In this document: piece by piece, positions 28,429 to 36,137 of the stretch
Layout of the letters: each line of letters starts with the position of its first letter
How positions within the stretch are numbered: position 1 is the first letter of the stretch
Source: Candidatus Obscuribacteraceae bacterium
Lineage (GTDB): Bacteria; Cyanobacteriota; Vampirovibrionia; Obscuribacterales; Obscuribacteraceae
Reading direction: 5' to 3'
DNA length: 64,000 bases
NCBI GenBank assembly: GCA_044226015.1
Contig: JBGAHS010000005.1
Span: 576,001 to 640,000, forward strand
Notes under the pieces: model-generated
The model's input: only the letters and a program-made list of their open reading frames with translations
What the model was told of the DNA's origin: nothing
Databases searched by the model: none
Program-made: the position numbers and the translations under genes

Positions 28429-30969
28429 TTGGTTAGAGGCTGTTCTTTGAGCAAGGGAAAGTACACGCCCTGGATTATTTTTAAAGGACTAGCAATAGTC
28501 CTTATTCCTTTCGTTCTGGGAACTTTTATCATCTTGGCTCTAAACTCCCTCTGGGTCTCAAGTCAGAAGATTTTGAATGAAGAGAACAAGGAATGCTACG
28601 TTGTTCGAATTCTAAACGACGCGCTTCTTTGCTGGTCAACTGCCAGTGCCGCGGTTGTTGATGACCGTCTGGTCAATAAGGAAATCCCAACGCAAAGAAA
28701 GGCAACAAGAATTGAGTGGTTCTTCTTCAACTTGAAATTGCGAACCTTGAACGATCCCCACACGCGGAGCTACGTCAACAAGCTGGAGTGGTTGTATTTG
28801 AAGGAGGCGAAAGCTTTCTCAGAACTGCCTGACTTGACTACCAGCGAGATCGGTTTGGAAACAGTTCAGAAGATGCCCAAGGTACTCGCTCGCGTTTATA
28901 AACTGCGAACTGAACTTGGTTCGCTACTGAAAACGGAGTTGGAAAGTTTAAATCGAACGAGACAGCGCACCGATAAGGCAATGAATGAAATTAAGCGCAA
29001 TGTGCTGATTTACTTCTTGATAAATGTCGGCTTGGCTTTGGTGCTGGTGGTTATCTTCACAAGGCAAATTTCTGGACGCTTTTTCCAATTGATGAACAAC
29101 GCCAGCTGCTTGCCTGTGATGCTCGATTTTCCTGAAAAATTGGCTGGAAATGACGAGTTGTCTTACCTCAATTCTATATTGAATGAAACGCTTGTCCGCT
29201 TACGTGAAGCCGCTGAACACCGGAAATCTATCGTTGGTATGGTCGCTCACGATATGCGTTCTCCTTTGATGGCTTCCTTGACTTCTCTTCAACTTTTTGA
29301 GGAGTGCGACTACGAATTTACTGAAACAGAGTATGCAAAGTTTGATGGTGCATATAAAAAAATTGAGGGGATTCTTGAGCATGTCAAAGCAATTCTAACG
29401 ACTCAAAAAACTGATGGCAGCGATGCTATGCAAACAAGCAGTGCGCAACGAGCACTTATTGTTCCTCAAAATTCTGCTTCGTTATTAGTGGCGCTTCGCA
29501 AATTTTTTCTTGAGCCCAAAGTTTTCCAAAAAGGACTTCTTCTCGTTCTGTTACCGTTGGCTTTGCAGTCAGCTATTCTCGCTTATCTCAGTCAAGAAAT
29601 TGACGAAAATATCAGTGCTTCCAAAGTAGCGCGGCAACTCAGTGACTCTCTGAGCAATCAGCAATTGGGTCAGTTGAATCTTGTTCGTGGTGCTGTCGCT
29701 CACGCTATATACGTATTTAGTGGTAACGAATCAGCAGACAAATTAGCGCTGAAAATTTTTGATCAGTTGGATACAGACATGCAGTCTCAACTTGAACATG
29801 CAAAATCCGACCCGTCGGAACTTAAGACTTTGCAGGAGAGCTTTGCTCTTACCAAGAAACAGATTGCCACCATAATGTCAGTGAAACCATCTGACCCGCC
29901 AGATCGTATTGCCAGCGTGTTTGAGCAGGTAAGTGAGGTTAATGAAAAAAATCCTGAGGCATATAGGTTGCGTCAAGAGAGAAGGCGAAAATTTGAGGAC
30001 GAAGCGGTAAAGTTGCAAGGGCTTGAGTTGAAACGGGCTCAGATGGCTGAATTACTCACTCAGTCGTTTCATACAGTGCTAGCCTTCAATTTACTTTTTT
30101 CTGTTGGCTTATTTTTGATATTCATGTTTGATTTCACCAGAAGACTTGATGTTCTTATTAGAAATGCCACTCGTCTCGGACGACGCGAAAGACTGGTTGA
30201 AAAGGTCAAGGGTATTGATGAACTCGCATACTTGGACCTTGCACTTCACAAGGCAGGTATCAACCTTGACGTAGCAGCGGAAGAGCGAAAGGAGCTGATG
30301 AATTCGCTAGCAAACGAAATGCGGCGACCTCTGCAGTTTGCATACAAAGAATTGACTGAGTTCAATGAAATGGGTTCGTCCCGTTCCGACCGCGAGAAGA
30401 ATTTGATCACGAAGTCGACAAAAAACATTGATCGCGTGTTGGGCTTAATAAGCAACTTGCTTACGATGGAAGATCTTCATGCCGGAACTGTTCATCTTGA
30501 AGTTGAGCCCTGTGACATAAAAGAGTTGATTGATGAAGCGCTGCAAACTGTGGCTCCTCTGGCTGGTGTCAAGAACATTAGTCTGAAGAATGAGAGTAGC
30601 GGTTGCCTAATTCAAGCGGATAAGGAAAAGATTGTGCAAGTCATGATCAACCTTCTATCTAATGCGATCAAGTTCTCCGGCAACAATACAATGATTACTG
30701 TTAAGTCCATCGCAAGTTCAGAAAAGGTTCGGGTTGAGGTTATCGACCAGGGACCGGGCATGGACGAGGAAACTTGCAACAAAGTATTCGAGAAGTTTTT
30801 CCAGGCAAAAACAGAGCAGAAGTCACAAGGCTTCGGTCTTGGTCTTGCAATTTGCAAACTGATTGTCGAGTCCCATCATGGTGTTATGAATTTATCCAGC
30901 AAGGTTGGAGTGGGCAGTACATTCTTCTTCGAAATTCCGAAGAAGCACAATGGTCCCTTAAAAAGGTAG
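28429..30969 (+). CDS. Sensor histidine kinase with two tandem TM-sensor-TM-HAMP-DHp modules and one HATPase domain
   Basis: H-box VAHDMRSPL in module 1 and His-less LANEMRRPL in module 2; N/G1/F/G2 boxes NLLSNAIKF, DQGPGM, GFGLGLAIC. The start may be TTG 28447. Confidence 0.85.
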   Translation: MVRGCSLSKGKYTPWIIFKGLAIVLIPFVLGTFIILALNSLWVSSQKILNEENKECYVVRILNDALLCWSTASAAVVDDRLVNKEIPTQRKATRIEWFFFNLKLRTLNDPHTRSYVNKLEWLYLKEAKAFSELPDLTTSEIGLETVQKMPKVLARVYKLRTELGSLLKTELESLNRTRQRTDKAMNEIKRNVLIYFLINVGLALVLVVIFTRQISGRFFQLMNNASCLPVMLDFPEKLAGNDELSYLNSILNETLVRLREAAEHRKSIVGMVAHDMRSPLMASLTSLQLFEECDYEFTETEYAKFDGAYKKIEGILEHVKAILTTQKTDGSDAMQTSSAQRALIVPQNSASLLVALRKFFLEPKVFQKGLLLVLLPLALQSAILAYLSQEIDENISASKVARQLSDSLSNQQLGQLNLVRGAVAHAIYVFSGNESADKLALKIFDQLDTDMQSQLEHAKSDPSELKTLQESFALTKKQIATIMSVKPSDPPDRIASVFEQVSEVNEKNPEAYRLRQERRRKFEDEAVKLQGLELKRAQMAELLTQSFHTVLAFNLLFSVGLFLIFMFDFTRRLDVLIRNATRLGRRERLVEKVKGIDELAYLDLALHKAGINLDVAAEERKELMNSLANEMRRPLQFAYKELTEFNEMGSSRSDREKNLITKSTKNIDRVLGLISNLLTMEDLHAGTVHLEVEPCDIKELIDEALQTVAPLAGVKNISLKNESSGCLIQADKEKIVQVMINLLSNAIKFSGNNTMITVKSIASSEKVRVEVIDQGPGMDEETCNKVFEKFFQAKTEQKSQGFGLGLAICKLIVESHHGVMNLSSKVGVGSTFFFEIPKKHNGPLKR

Positions 30970-30979
30970 AAGATTTTCT

Positions 30980-31011
30980 TCACTCAGATTTCACGCGAAC
31001 CAATAGAGAAT
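30980..31011 (+). promoter_or_regulatory. TCAC-N7-TCAC box with weak -10 (GAGAAT)
   Basis: TCAC-TCAGATT-TCAC-N11-GAGAAT upstream of ORF 31042. Confidence 0.55.
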
Positions 31012-31041
31012 CCTTCTATCGGAACAACGAATTGGTGAGAT

Positions 31042-31443
31042 ATGGAAAACTTCAATGAGAATGCCAACCTCTGCCGCAAGGTCAATATGAGTGATGGAGA
31101 GGTTCATACTAAAGTTTTTGATGAGTTGCACAATGTTCTTGCAGCTCGAAACACGAGCATCGGATCACTGTTTCATGTTGATGTTCGAACCGACTTTCCA
31201 TTGAAACAAGATGATGGCACGAACAAATGGTATGAAGAGTTTCCGACGCACACAAACTTGAAGACGGGCAAATCTGATCGTCTGGACACCGACCTGTATG
31301 AATACGACCCTGCTTCCGATAAAAGAGGGCGTCAGCTAGCTAAAGACTCGGAAGAGTACAAAGCAGCGCATGATGCACTTTGGGTTCTCCGTGATAGGTT
31401 CACTCCGAAAGTGCTACTGAATCTCCCGCGCTGCAAATATTGA
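31042..31443 (+). CDS. Hypothetical protein
   Basis: 133-aa ORF with GGTGA SD, preceded by a TCAC box and followed by a terminator. Confidence 0.7.
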   Translation: MENFNENANLCRKVNMSDGEVHTKVFDELHNVLAARNTSIGSLFHVDVRTDFPLKQDDGTNKWYEEFPTHTNLKTGKSDRLDTDLYEYDPASDKRGRQLAKDSEEYKAAHDALWVLRDRFTPKVLLNLPRCKY

Positions 31444-31469
31444 TTTTACCTGCGTTCCCAAACCAAACC

Positions 31470-31506
31470 AACGACAAAGCAGACCACAAGTCTGTTTTGT
31501 CGTTTT
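31470..31506 (+). terminator. Intrinsic terminator hairpin between convergent genes
   Basis: AACGACAAAGCAGAC-CACAA-GTCTGTTTTGTCGTT then TT. Confidence 0.75.
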
Positions 31507-31566
31507 AAATTTTGCACTATGGGCGCTGGATTGAGCAGCGACTCGGATTCAGTGACTCGGATTCAG

Positions 31567-32244
31567 CTACTCTGGGTCGCCAACAATATAGCCTGAACCA
31601 GGAATAGTTTTGACTATACATTCCTGTCCTTCCAAACTTATTTTTCGGCGCAGGTTCTTCATGCAGGCACGAACCGTGTCTTCTGAGCTTTCGGAATCCG
31701 AAGGCCAGACAGCATCCATTACTGCCTTTGCAGAAAACACCTGACCTTTGTGACGCATCAAAAACTCTAATAGAGCATATTCCTTATTTGTAAGACGAGC
31801 AGCCTTATTGTCTACAAGCACTCGTTTGTACTCGGAATCTAGAAGCACATTTCCAACAATAATTTTCTGAGGTACTAACCCACGAGGACGTCGTAAACGC
31901 GAACGCACTCGTGCTGACAACTCCCTCATGTCGAAGGGTTTTGTTAAGTAATCGTCTGCACCACCATCGAGTCCAAACTCTTTACTATCAATGTCATCTC
32001 TTCCTGTGAGGAAAATGACTGGAGTTTGATTTCCAAGACCCCTTATCGTACGCAAGACGTCATAGCCGCTGATATTTGGAAGTCCCCAGTCAAGCAATAT
32101 CAAATCAAATTGAAATTGCTCTATCAGCTGAAGACCATCTTCTCCAGAATTTGCAACTTCAACTGTGTGTTGTTCTAGCCTTAACCAATTGACAATGGAA
32201 TCAGCTAGTTCCTGGTCGTCATCCACTACGAGTATCTTCGCCAT
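31567..32244 (-). CDS. OmpR/PhoB-family response regulator
   Basis: Receiver VVDDD..LLDWGLP..FLT..GADDYLTKPF; winged helix LTNKEYALLEFL..NLRRK..TIPGSGY. Confidence 0.95.
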   Translation of the reverse strand: MAKILVVDDDQELADSIVNWLRLEQHTVEVANSGEDGLQLIEQFQFDLILLDWGLPNISGYDVLRTIRGLGNQTPVIFLTGRDDIDSKEFGLDGGADDYLTKPFDMRELSARVRSRLRRPRGLVPQKIIVGNVLLDSEYKRVLVDNKAARLTNKEYALLEFLMRHKGQVFSAKAVMDAVWPSDSESSEDTVRACMKNLRRKISLEGQECIVKTIPGSGYIVGDPE

Positions 32245-32360
32245 GATGCCCTGCGAGGTGAGATGGTGACATTATAGCGAAATTTCACGCAATGGACTGC
32301 ATTAGGTTCCTGATGTCATTCGAAAATTTCGATTTCGTTCTCTTGAAAACTGCAACGAAA

Positions 32361-32392
32361 TCACGTGATTTTCACAATGGTGAAATTACGAT
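32361..32392 (+). promoter_or_regulatory. TCAC-N7-TCAC-N11-TACGAT promoter box
   Basis: Same geometry as the array promoters; upstream of ORF 32440 and divergent from the response regulator. Confidence 0.7.
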
Positions 32393-32439
32393 GTTTTCCA
32401 TAAACATCCTCCGCGAATTTCGAGGATAGAGGAGTCCAA

Positions 32440-33189
32440 ATGACAGCAGATAGAACACACCCGAATGACTTCAATAAAATTTCCGAGAAGCATGGAAAAG
32501 CAGAAGGTGAATCGGTACATCAAAAATTACTAGCTGATTCCACACCAAACCCAAATCAATTTACTAAAGGCCAAGAAAATAGAAATGATGCGAATGCCGC
32601 TGTGAAAGCGCAGGGATTTCCAGATTTGCAATTGCATGATTCATCAAAAAATAGTGACGCTAAGAAAGATCATCCAAAGGATGGTCATACCGATCCTAAA
32701 GACAGTGCGACCACGCCGAAGGATAGCGCTGGGAACGGCGGTAAAGATTCCGCTGCTAATGGACAATCGCACAAGGGCAGTGAATCCACTCGTAATCAGG
32801 AATCAATAAAAAACGCCCCGGAAGCGAAGGGTGGTAATGAGCGTATAAAAAACGCACCTCACTCAGATAATTCAAAGGCTGAATTTGAGCAGAGTCCAAA
32901 GGATTCAAATGGAAATCAGCATAAAGACTCTGGCAAATCTGGCGATAAGCTGATGGGAGCCAGCCAGACTCCAGCTGCCGGAGTAACAACCAATCTCGAT
33001 GGAAGTACAAGTGTGGTTGGAAAGGATTCACCAAACTCCTCTCAGACAGCGCCTGGCGAGAACAAACCTGATTTTGGGCAAGCACAGCAAAAGGAAAAGC
33101 CAAATCAAACCAACAACTCTGATGCTGCACATGGTGGCAAAACAGACAGCTCAGCTGATCGACATGGATTAGCAAAGGGCAAAGACTAA
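32440..33189 (+). CDS. Hydrophilic low-complexity (probably disordered) protein
   Basis: GAGGAG SD; K/D/S/N/G-rich with recurring KDS; followed by a long hairpin. Confidence 0.7.
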   Translation: MTADRTHPNDFNKISEKHGKAEGESVHQKLLADSTPNPNQFTKGQENRNDANAAVKAQGFPDLQLHDSSKNSDAKKDHPKDGHTDPKDSATTPKDSAGNGGKDSAANGQSHKGSESTRNQESIKNAPEAKGGNERIKNAPHSDNSKAEFEQSPKDSNGNQHKDSGKSGDKLMGASQTPAAGVTTNLDGSTSVVGKDSPNSSQTAPGENKPDFGQAQQKEKPNQTNNSDAAHGGKTDSSADRHGLAKGKD

Positions 33190-33216
33190 ACAGAAAGTTT
33201 AACCGGGTCGCTGGTA

Positions 33217-33277
33217 TCAGAGGGCACGCTAGAGGAATGGACAGATTCCTTTTGCTTTGCCCTCTGAGCGCTTTTTC
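33217..33277 (+). terminator. Long hairpin, probable terminator of ORF 32440
   Basis: TCAGAGGGCA..GAGGAAT / ATTCCTT..TGCCCTCTGA followed by GCGCTTTTT. Confidence 0.5.
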
Positions 33278-33415
33278 AGGAGCCAATTCAATATTTCTAT
33301 TCTTATAGAGAATGCTTGGTCTGAACGATTCTGCTTCGATATCAGTTTTAAGGGGACGGTTTGATGATAGCGATACACGATTATGTCTGGAGCCTCAGGC
33401 TGAAGGACTATGTTC

Positions 33416-33498
33416 GCAAGAGCAGGGCTGCAAGAGAAGGTTGGAAGTGCAGGGTTGTAAGATCAACGTTGCAAGAACTGGGTTGCAAGAGCAGGGCT
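33416..33498. repeat. Six degenerate ~14-bp tandem units (GCAAGAGCAGGGCT)
   Basis: First and last copies identical; inner copies diverged. Confidence 0.6.
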
Positions 33499-33576
33499 GG
33501 GTGATCAAGTCAGTAATTTGGATCGTATATACAGATTGTCACGGTCTTTTCATTCGAAGCTTAGTATTCTAGCTTG

Positions 33577-33694
33577 TGTTGAACGACAAGAACGCATCAG
33601 TCCGAACTGAGCCTAAGTTCAAAAAGATTTTCCTCAAGCAACCAACCAACACCTCATAGAGACAGACTTCTGCCAAGTCTGTCTTTATGATTTT
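33577..33694 (+). ncRNA. Putative sibling sRNA, unit 1
   Basis: Promoter TCAC-GGTCTTT-TCAT-N11-TATTCT (33539-33570); 5' GTTGAAC..GTTCAA; core CCTCAAGCAACCAACCAA; hairpin TCATAGAGACAGAC/GTCTGTCTTTATGA plus TTTT. Ends inferred. Confidence 0.6.
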
Positions 33695-33777
33695 GTGCAT
33701 GACAATAGAGTAAGAATGCAGAATTGAACATGCCAAAACTCACGCATTTTTCACCTAGCCAAAACTACTCTATAAAC

Positions 33778-33935
33778 ACAATCCCTTCCAAAACAAATTC
33801 CCCAAGAATGACTTTTGAATGATTCCTTCAGCCAGGAGGCGAGCCACATAATCCAAATCCCTTAACTTTTACCTCAAGCAACCAACCAAAAACTTCATAA
33901 GGACAGATCACTGCCAGGTCTGTCCTTTTGAATTT
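33778..33935 (+). ncRNA. Putative sibling sRNA, unit 2
   Basis: Promoter TCAC-GCATTTT-TCAC-N11-TACTCT (33740-33771); TCCC motifs; TAATCCAAATCCCTTAACTTTTA plus core; hairpin AAGGACAGAT/GTCTGTCCTT. Ends inferred. Confidence 0.6.
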
Positions 33936-34030
33936 GGTTTTCTCGATTGTTTGAACTGTTTTGAAAGACTGTGTTGTAATACATATGTTTGTTCACGCCG
34001 TTTTCACACCCAAATGACTATTCTGTTTTT

Positions 34031-34184
34031 GTTGATAGTTTTTCTGGTTCACCGGAAGAGCGCTGCGGAAAACCAAATACGGTGCAAGACGCGGACGCTC
34101 AACTTCAACAAGATTTTTCCTCAAGCAACCAACCAAACCAACAGCATAGGGACAGACTCTGCCAGGTCTGTCCCTATGTTTGTT
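34031..34184 (+). ncRNA. Putative sibling sRNA, unit 3
   Basis: Promoter TCAC-GCCGTTT-TCAC-N11-TATTCT (33993-34024); 5' GTTGA..TCAAC; core; hairpin AGCATAGGGACAGAC/GTCTGTCCCTATGTT. Ends inferred. Confidence 0.6.
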
Positions 34185-34226
34185 ATACCTGTGGTCCTTA
34201 TTTCTGCGTCTGATGAATCTCCATCC

Positions 34227-34362
34227 GTCGGATTCGCGTCTGTCGGATTCGCGTCTGTCGGATTCGCGTCTGTCGGATTCGCGTCTGCCGGATTCGCGTC
34301 TGTCGGTTGGCGTCTGTCGGTTGGCGTCTGTCGGATTGGCATTTGTCGGATTGGCGTCTGTT
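34227..34362. repeat. Tandem 15-bp minisatellite (GTCGGATTCGCGTCT) x5 followed by about 4 shorter degenerate copies
   Basis: Read directly; lies between units 3 and 4. Confidence 0.9.
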
Positions 34363-34522
34363 GAATCTGCGCTTTTATCCTGGAGCGCAAGCTTCTATCT
34401 GTAGTTGGTCAAACACATTTTCTGAATGCACAGAGATCTGCTTGAATCTAGAATAAGAAACTGTGCGAATCCACTGCTGGTGAGTCACGGCTTTTTCACA
34501 GCGAGTTGATTAGTCTATAACT

Positions 34523-34695
34523 GTTGAACGTTTCCCCTGTTCAATACCAATGCTCTCCCTTAACGAACCTAAGCCTAATCCAATTCACAAGCACCCTCGG
34601 AGGCTCTGAACCGTAATCCAAATCCTTTAACTTTTACCTCAAGCAACCAACCAAACTCAAAGGACAGACTCTGCCAGGTCTGTCCTTTTGATTTT
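34523..34695 (+). ncRNA. Putative sibling sRNA, unit 4
   Basis: Promoter TCAC-GGCTTTT-TCAC-N11-TAGTCT (34485-34516); 5' hairpin TTGAAC-GTTTCCCCT-GTTCAA; core; terminator AAAGGACAGAC/GTCTGTCCTTTT. Confidence 0.65.
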
Positions 34696-34742
34696 GCTGC
34701 GACCCTCTTGCTGTCGCTTGCTTATACTCTAAGGGTAAGACC

Positions 34743-34774
34743 TCTTCTTCTTCTTCTTCTTCTTCTTCTTCTTC
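34743..34774. repeat. (CTT)n trinucleotide microsatellite, about 10 units
   Basis: tcttcttc... run between units 4 and 5. Confidence 0.9.
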
Positions 34775-34988
34775 TCTTTCTATTTCTACGCTGTTCTGTT
34801 TTGGCGGCTTAAGAGGGTTTTGGATACATCGTAATCGGAAGCTATCGGGAATTGTAAGAGAGATAGTGCCATATATGGTATCACTGTATATATGATTTGG
34901 TTGGGGATTTGGTTTCTGAGAAAACACTGTGTGAATCCACTGCTGGTGAGTCACGGCTTTTTCACAGCGAGTTGATTAGTCTATAACT

Positions 34989-35157
34989 GTTGAACGTTTC
35001 CCCTGTTCAATATCAATGCTCTCCCTTAACGAACCTAAGCCTAATCCAATTCACAAGCACTCGGAGGCTCTGAACCATAATCCAAATCCTTTAACTTTTA
35101 CCTCAAGCAACCAACCAAACTCAAAGGACAGACTCTGCCAGGTCTGTCCTTTTGATT
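34989..35157 (+). ncRNA. Putative sibling sRNA, unit 5 (recent duplicate of unit 4)
   Basis: 34927-35157 is nearly identical to 34461-34693 (few substitutions, one 2-nt indel); promoter at 34951-34982. Confidence 0.65.
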
Positions 35158-35269
35158 GGTATGAAGGTCGCTGTAGCACTGGTTTTGTGATCATTAGCTG
35201 CATGCAACTGTAGGAATCTACCGATGTAGAATCACAGTTATTTCACAGCAGGCGGACTACTATAATCTC

Positions 35270-35438
35270 AATTGAACTATCCCCTGTTCAATCCTAAAGC
35301 TCTCCCTTAACAATTTGAGCTATTCCGAGATAAATACCTACTTTGGAGGTCTCTGCTTATAACCTAACCCTAATCCAAATCCCTTAACTTTAACTCAATC
35401 AAGGATGGACTTCTGCAGAGTCCGTCCTTTTTTGATTG
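35270..35438 (+). ncRNA. Putative sibling sRNA, unit 6 (diverged; lacks the AAGCAACCAACCAA core)
   Basis: Promoter TCAC-AGTTATT-TCAC-N11-TACTAT (35232-35263); hairpin ATTGAAC-TATCCCCT-GTTCAAT; GCTCTCCCTTAAC; TAATCCAAATCCCTTAACTTT; terminator AAGGATGGACT/AGTCCGTCCTT plus T-run. Confidence 0.6.
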
Positions 35439-35572
35439 TGAGCGATCTCAGGTCACATTGCGAAAAGACGTTGAGTGATCTGCTTAAGGACTGGCTTCTC
35501 AGGCGTCGATTGAAAGGTCTACAAAAATGTGCTCGATTGCAGATGAAACTGCACTATTCCACCCTAGAGGTG

Positions 35573-35604
35573 TCACAGCGTTTTCACCCCAGAAGAATTA
35601 GTTT
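35573..35604 (+). promoter_or_regulatory. TCAC-N7-TCAC-N11-TAGTTT promoter box
   Basis: Same geometry; upstream of ORF 35673. Confidence 0.65.
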
Positions 35605-35672
35605 ATTAGCATAAACATCATCGCTTTCTATTCATTTGTTTCACGCAACCCCATATATAGGTCCAAACTGTC

Positions 35673-36137
35673 ATGTTCAAACCAGCCATAGATATCGACC
35701 CAGTTGCGCTGAGAAGCGTCAACATCGCCGCTGCGCCACTACCACCAGTGGCAACAGTTCCACCAGCAAATATTCAATCCAAAGTCCAGGAAAAAGAACT
35801 CGCAAGACAGCTCACTGAGAGACTAGTCGAAGAACTGAAGGATGAACTCATCAATGCTTCAATTGGTGAATCCATTCAGATTCATATTCCGCCCCTGGAT
35901 AACAACTTCGGTTGCCTCACTAAGGTCAAATTTATAGGACGTGCCAACGCTTCTAAATCTGACATGACTACACTTCCAGATTTGAAGAAATTTCAGGATG
36001 AGATTCTCTATCCTGATATCTGTATGGCCCGTTCCGGTAGCGTCATTCCTGAGTGGAAATCTCTCAAATTTTTGATTGGAACCGAAAAGTATGCCGTTGT
36101 GATGATGTGCTTTGTTGGAATTAAGCGCTCAGCTTAG
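35673..36137 (+). CDS. Hypothetical protein
   Basis: 154-aa ORF convergent with the lipid operon; no recognisable motif. Confidence 0.6.
   Translation: MFKPAIDIDPVALRSVNIAAAPLPPVATVPPANIQSKVQEKELARQLTERLVEELKDELINASIGESIQIHIPPLDNNFGCLTKVKFIGRANASKSDMTTLPDLKKFQDEILYPDICMARSGSVIPEWKSLKFLIGTEKYAVVMMCFVGIKRSA

Noticed and set aside
33951..35213. ORFs 33951, 33989, 34121, 34180, 34634 and 35016 (VGFAS, PTDAN, poly-E repeats)
   Set aside because: They are translations of mini- and microsatellites or of the RNA units, and the frame is not conserved between near-identical units 4 and 5
34523..35400. Minus-strand reading of the units as GGA-rich CsrA sponges or a 21-aa peptide (MVQSLRV...)
   Set aside because: Promoter geometry and terminator position point to the plus strand; the ATG is ACG and frameshifted in unit 4. 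Not fully excluded without stranded RNA-seq
33539..35438. CRISPR array interpretation of the repeated core plus hairpin
   Set aside because: Spacing is irregular (about 240-520 bp), each unit has its own promoter and terminator, and there are no cas genes
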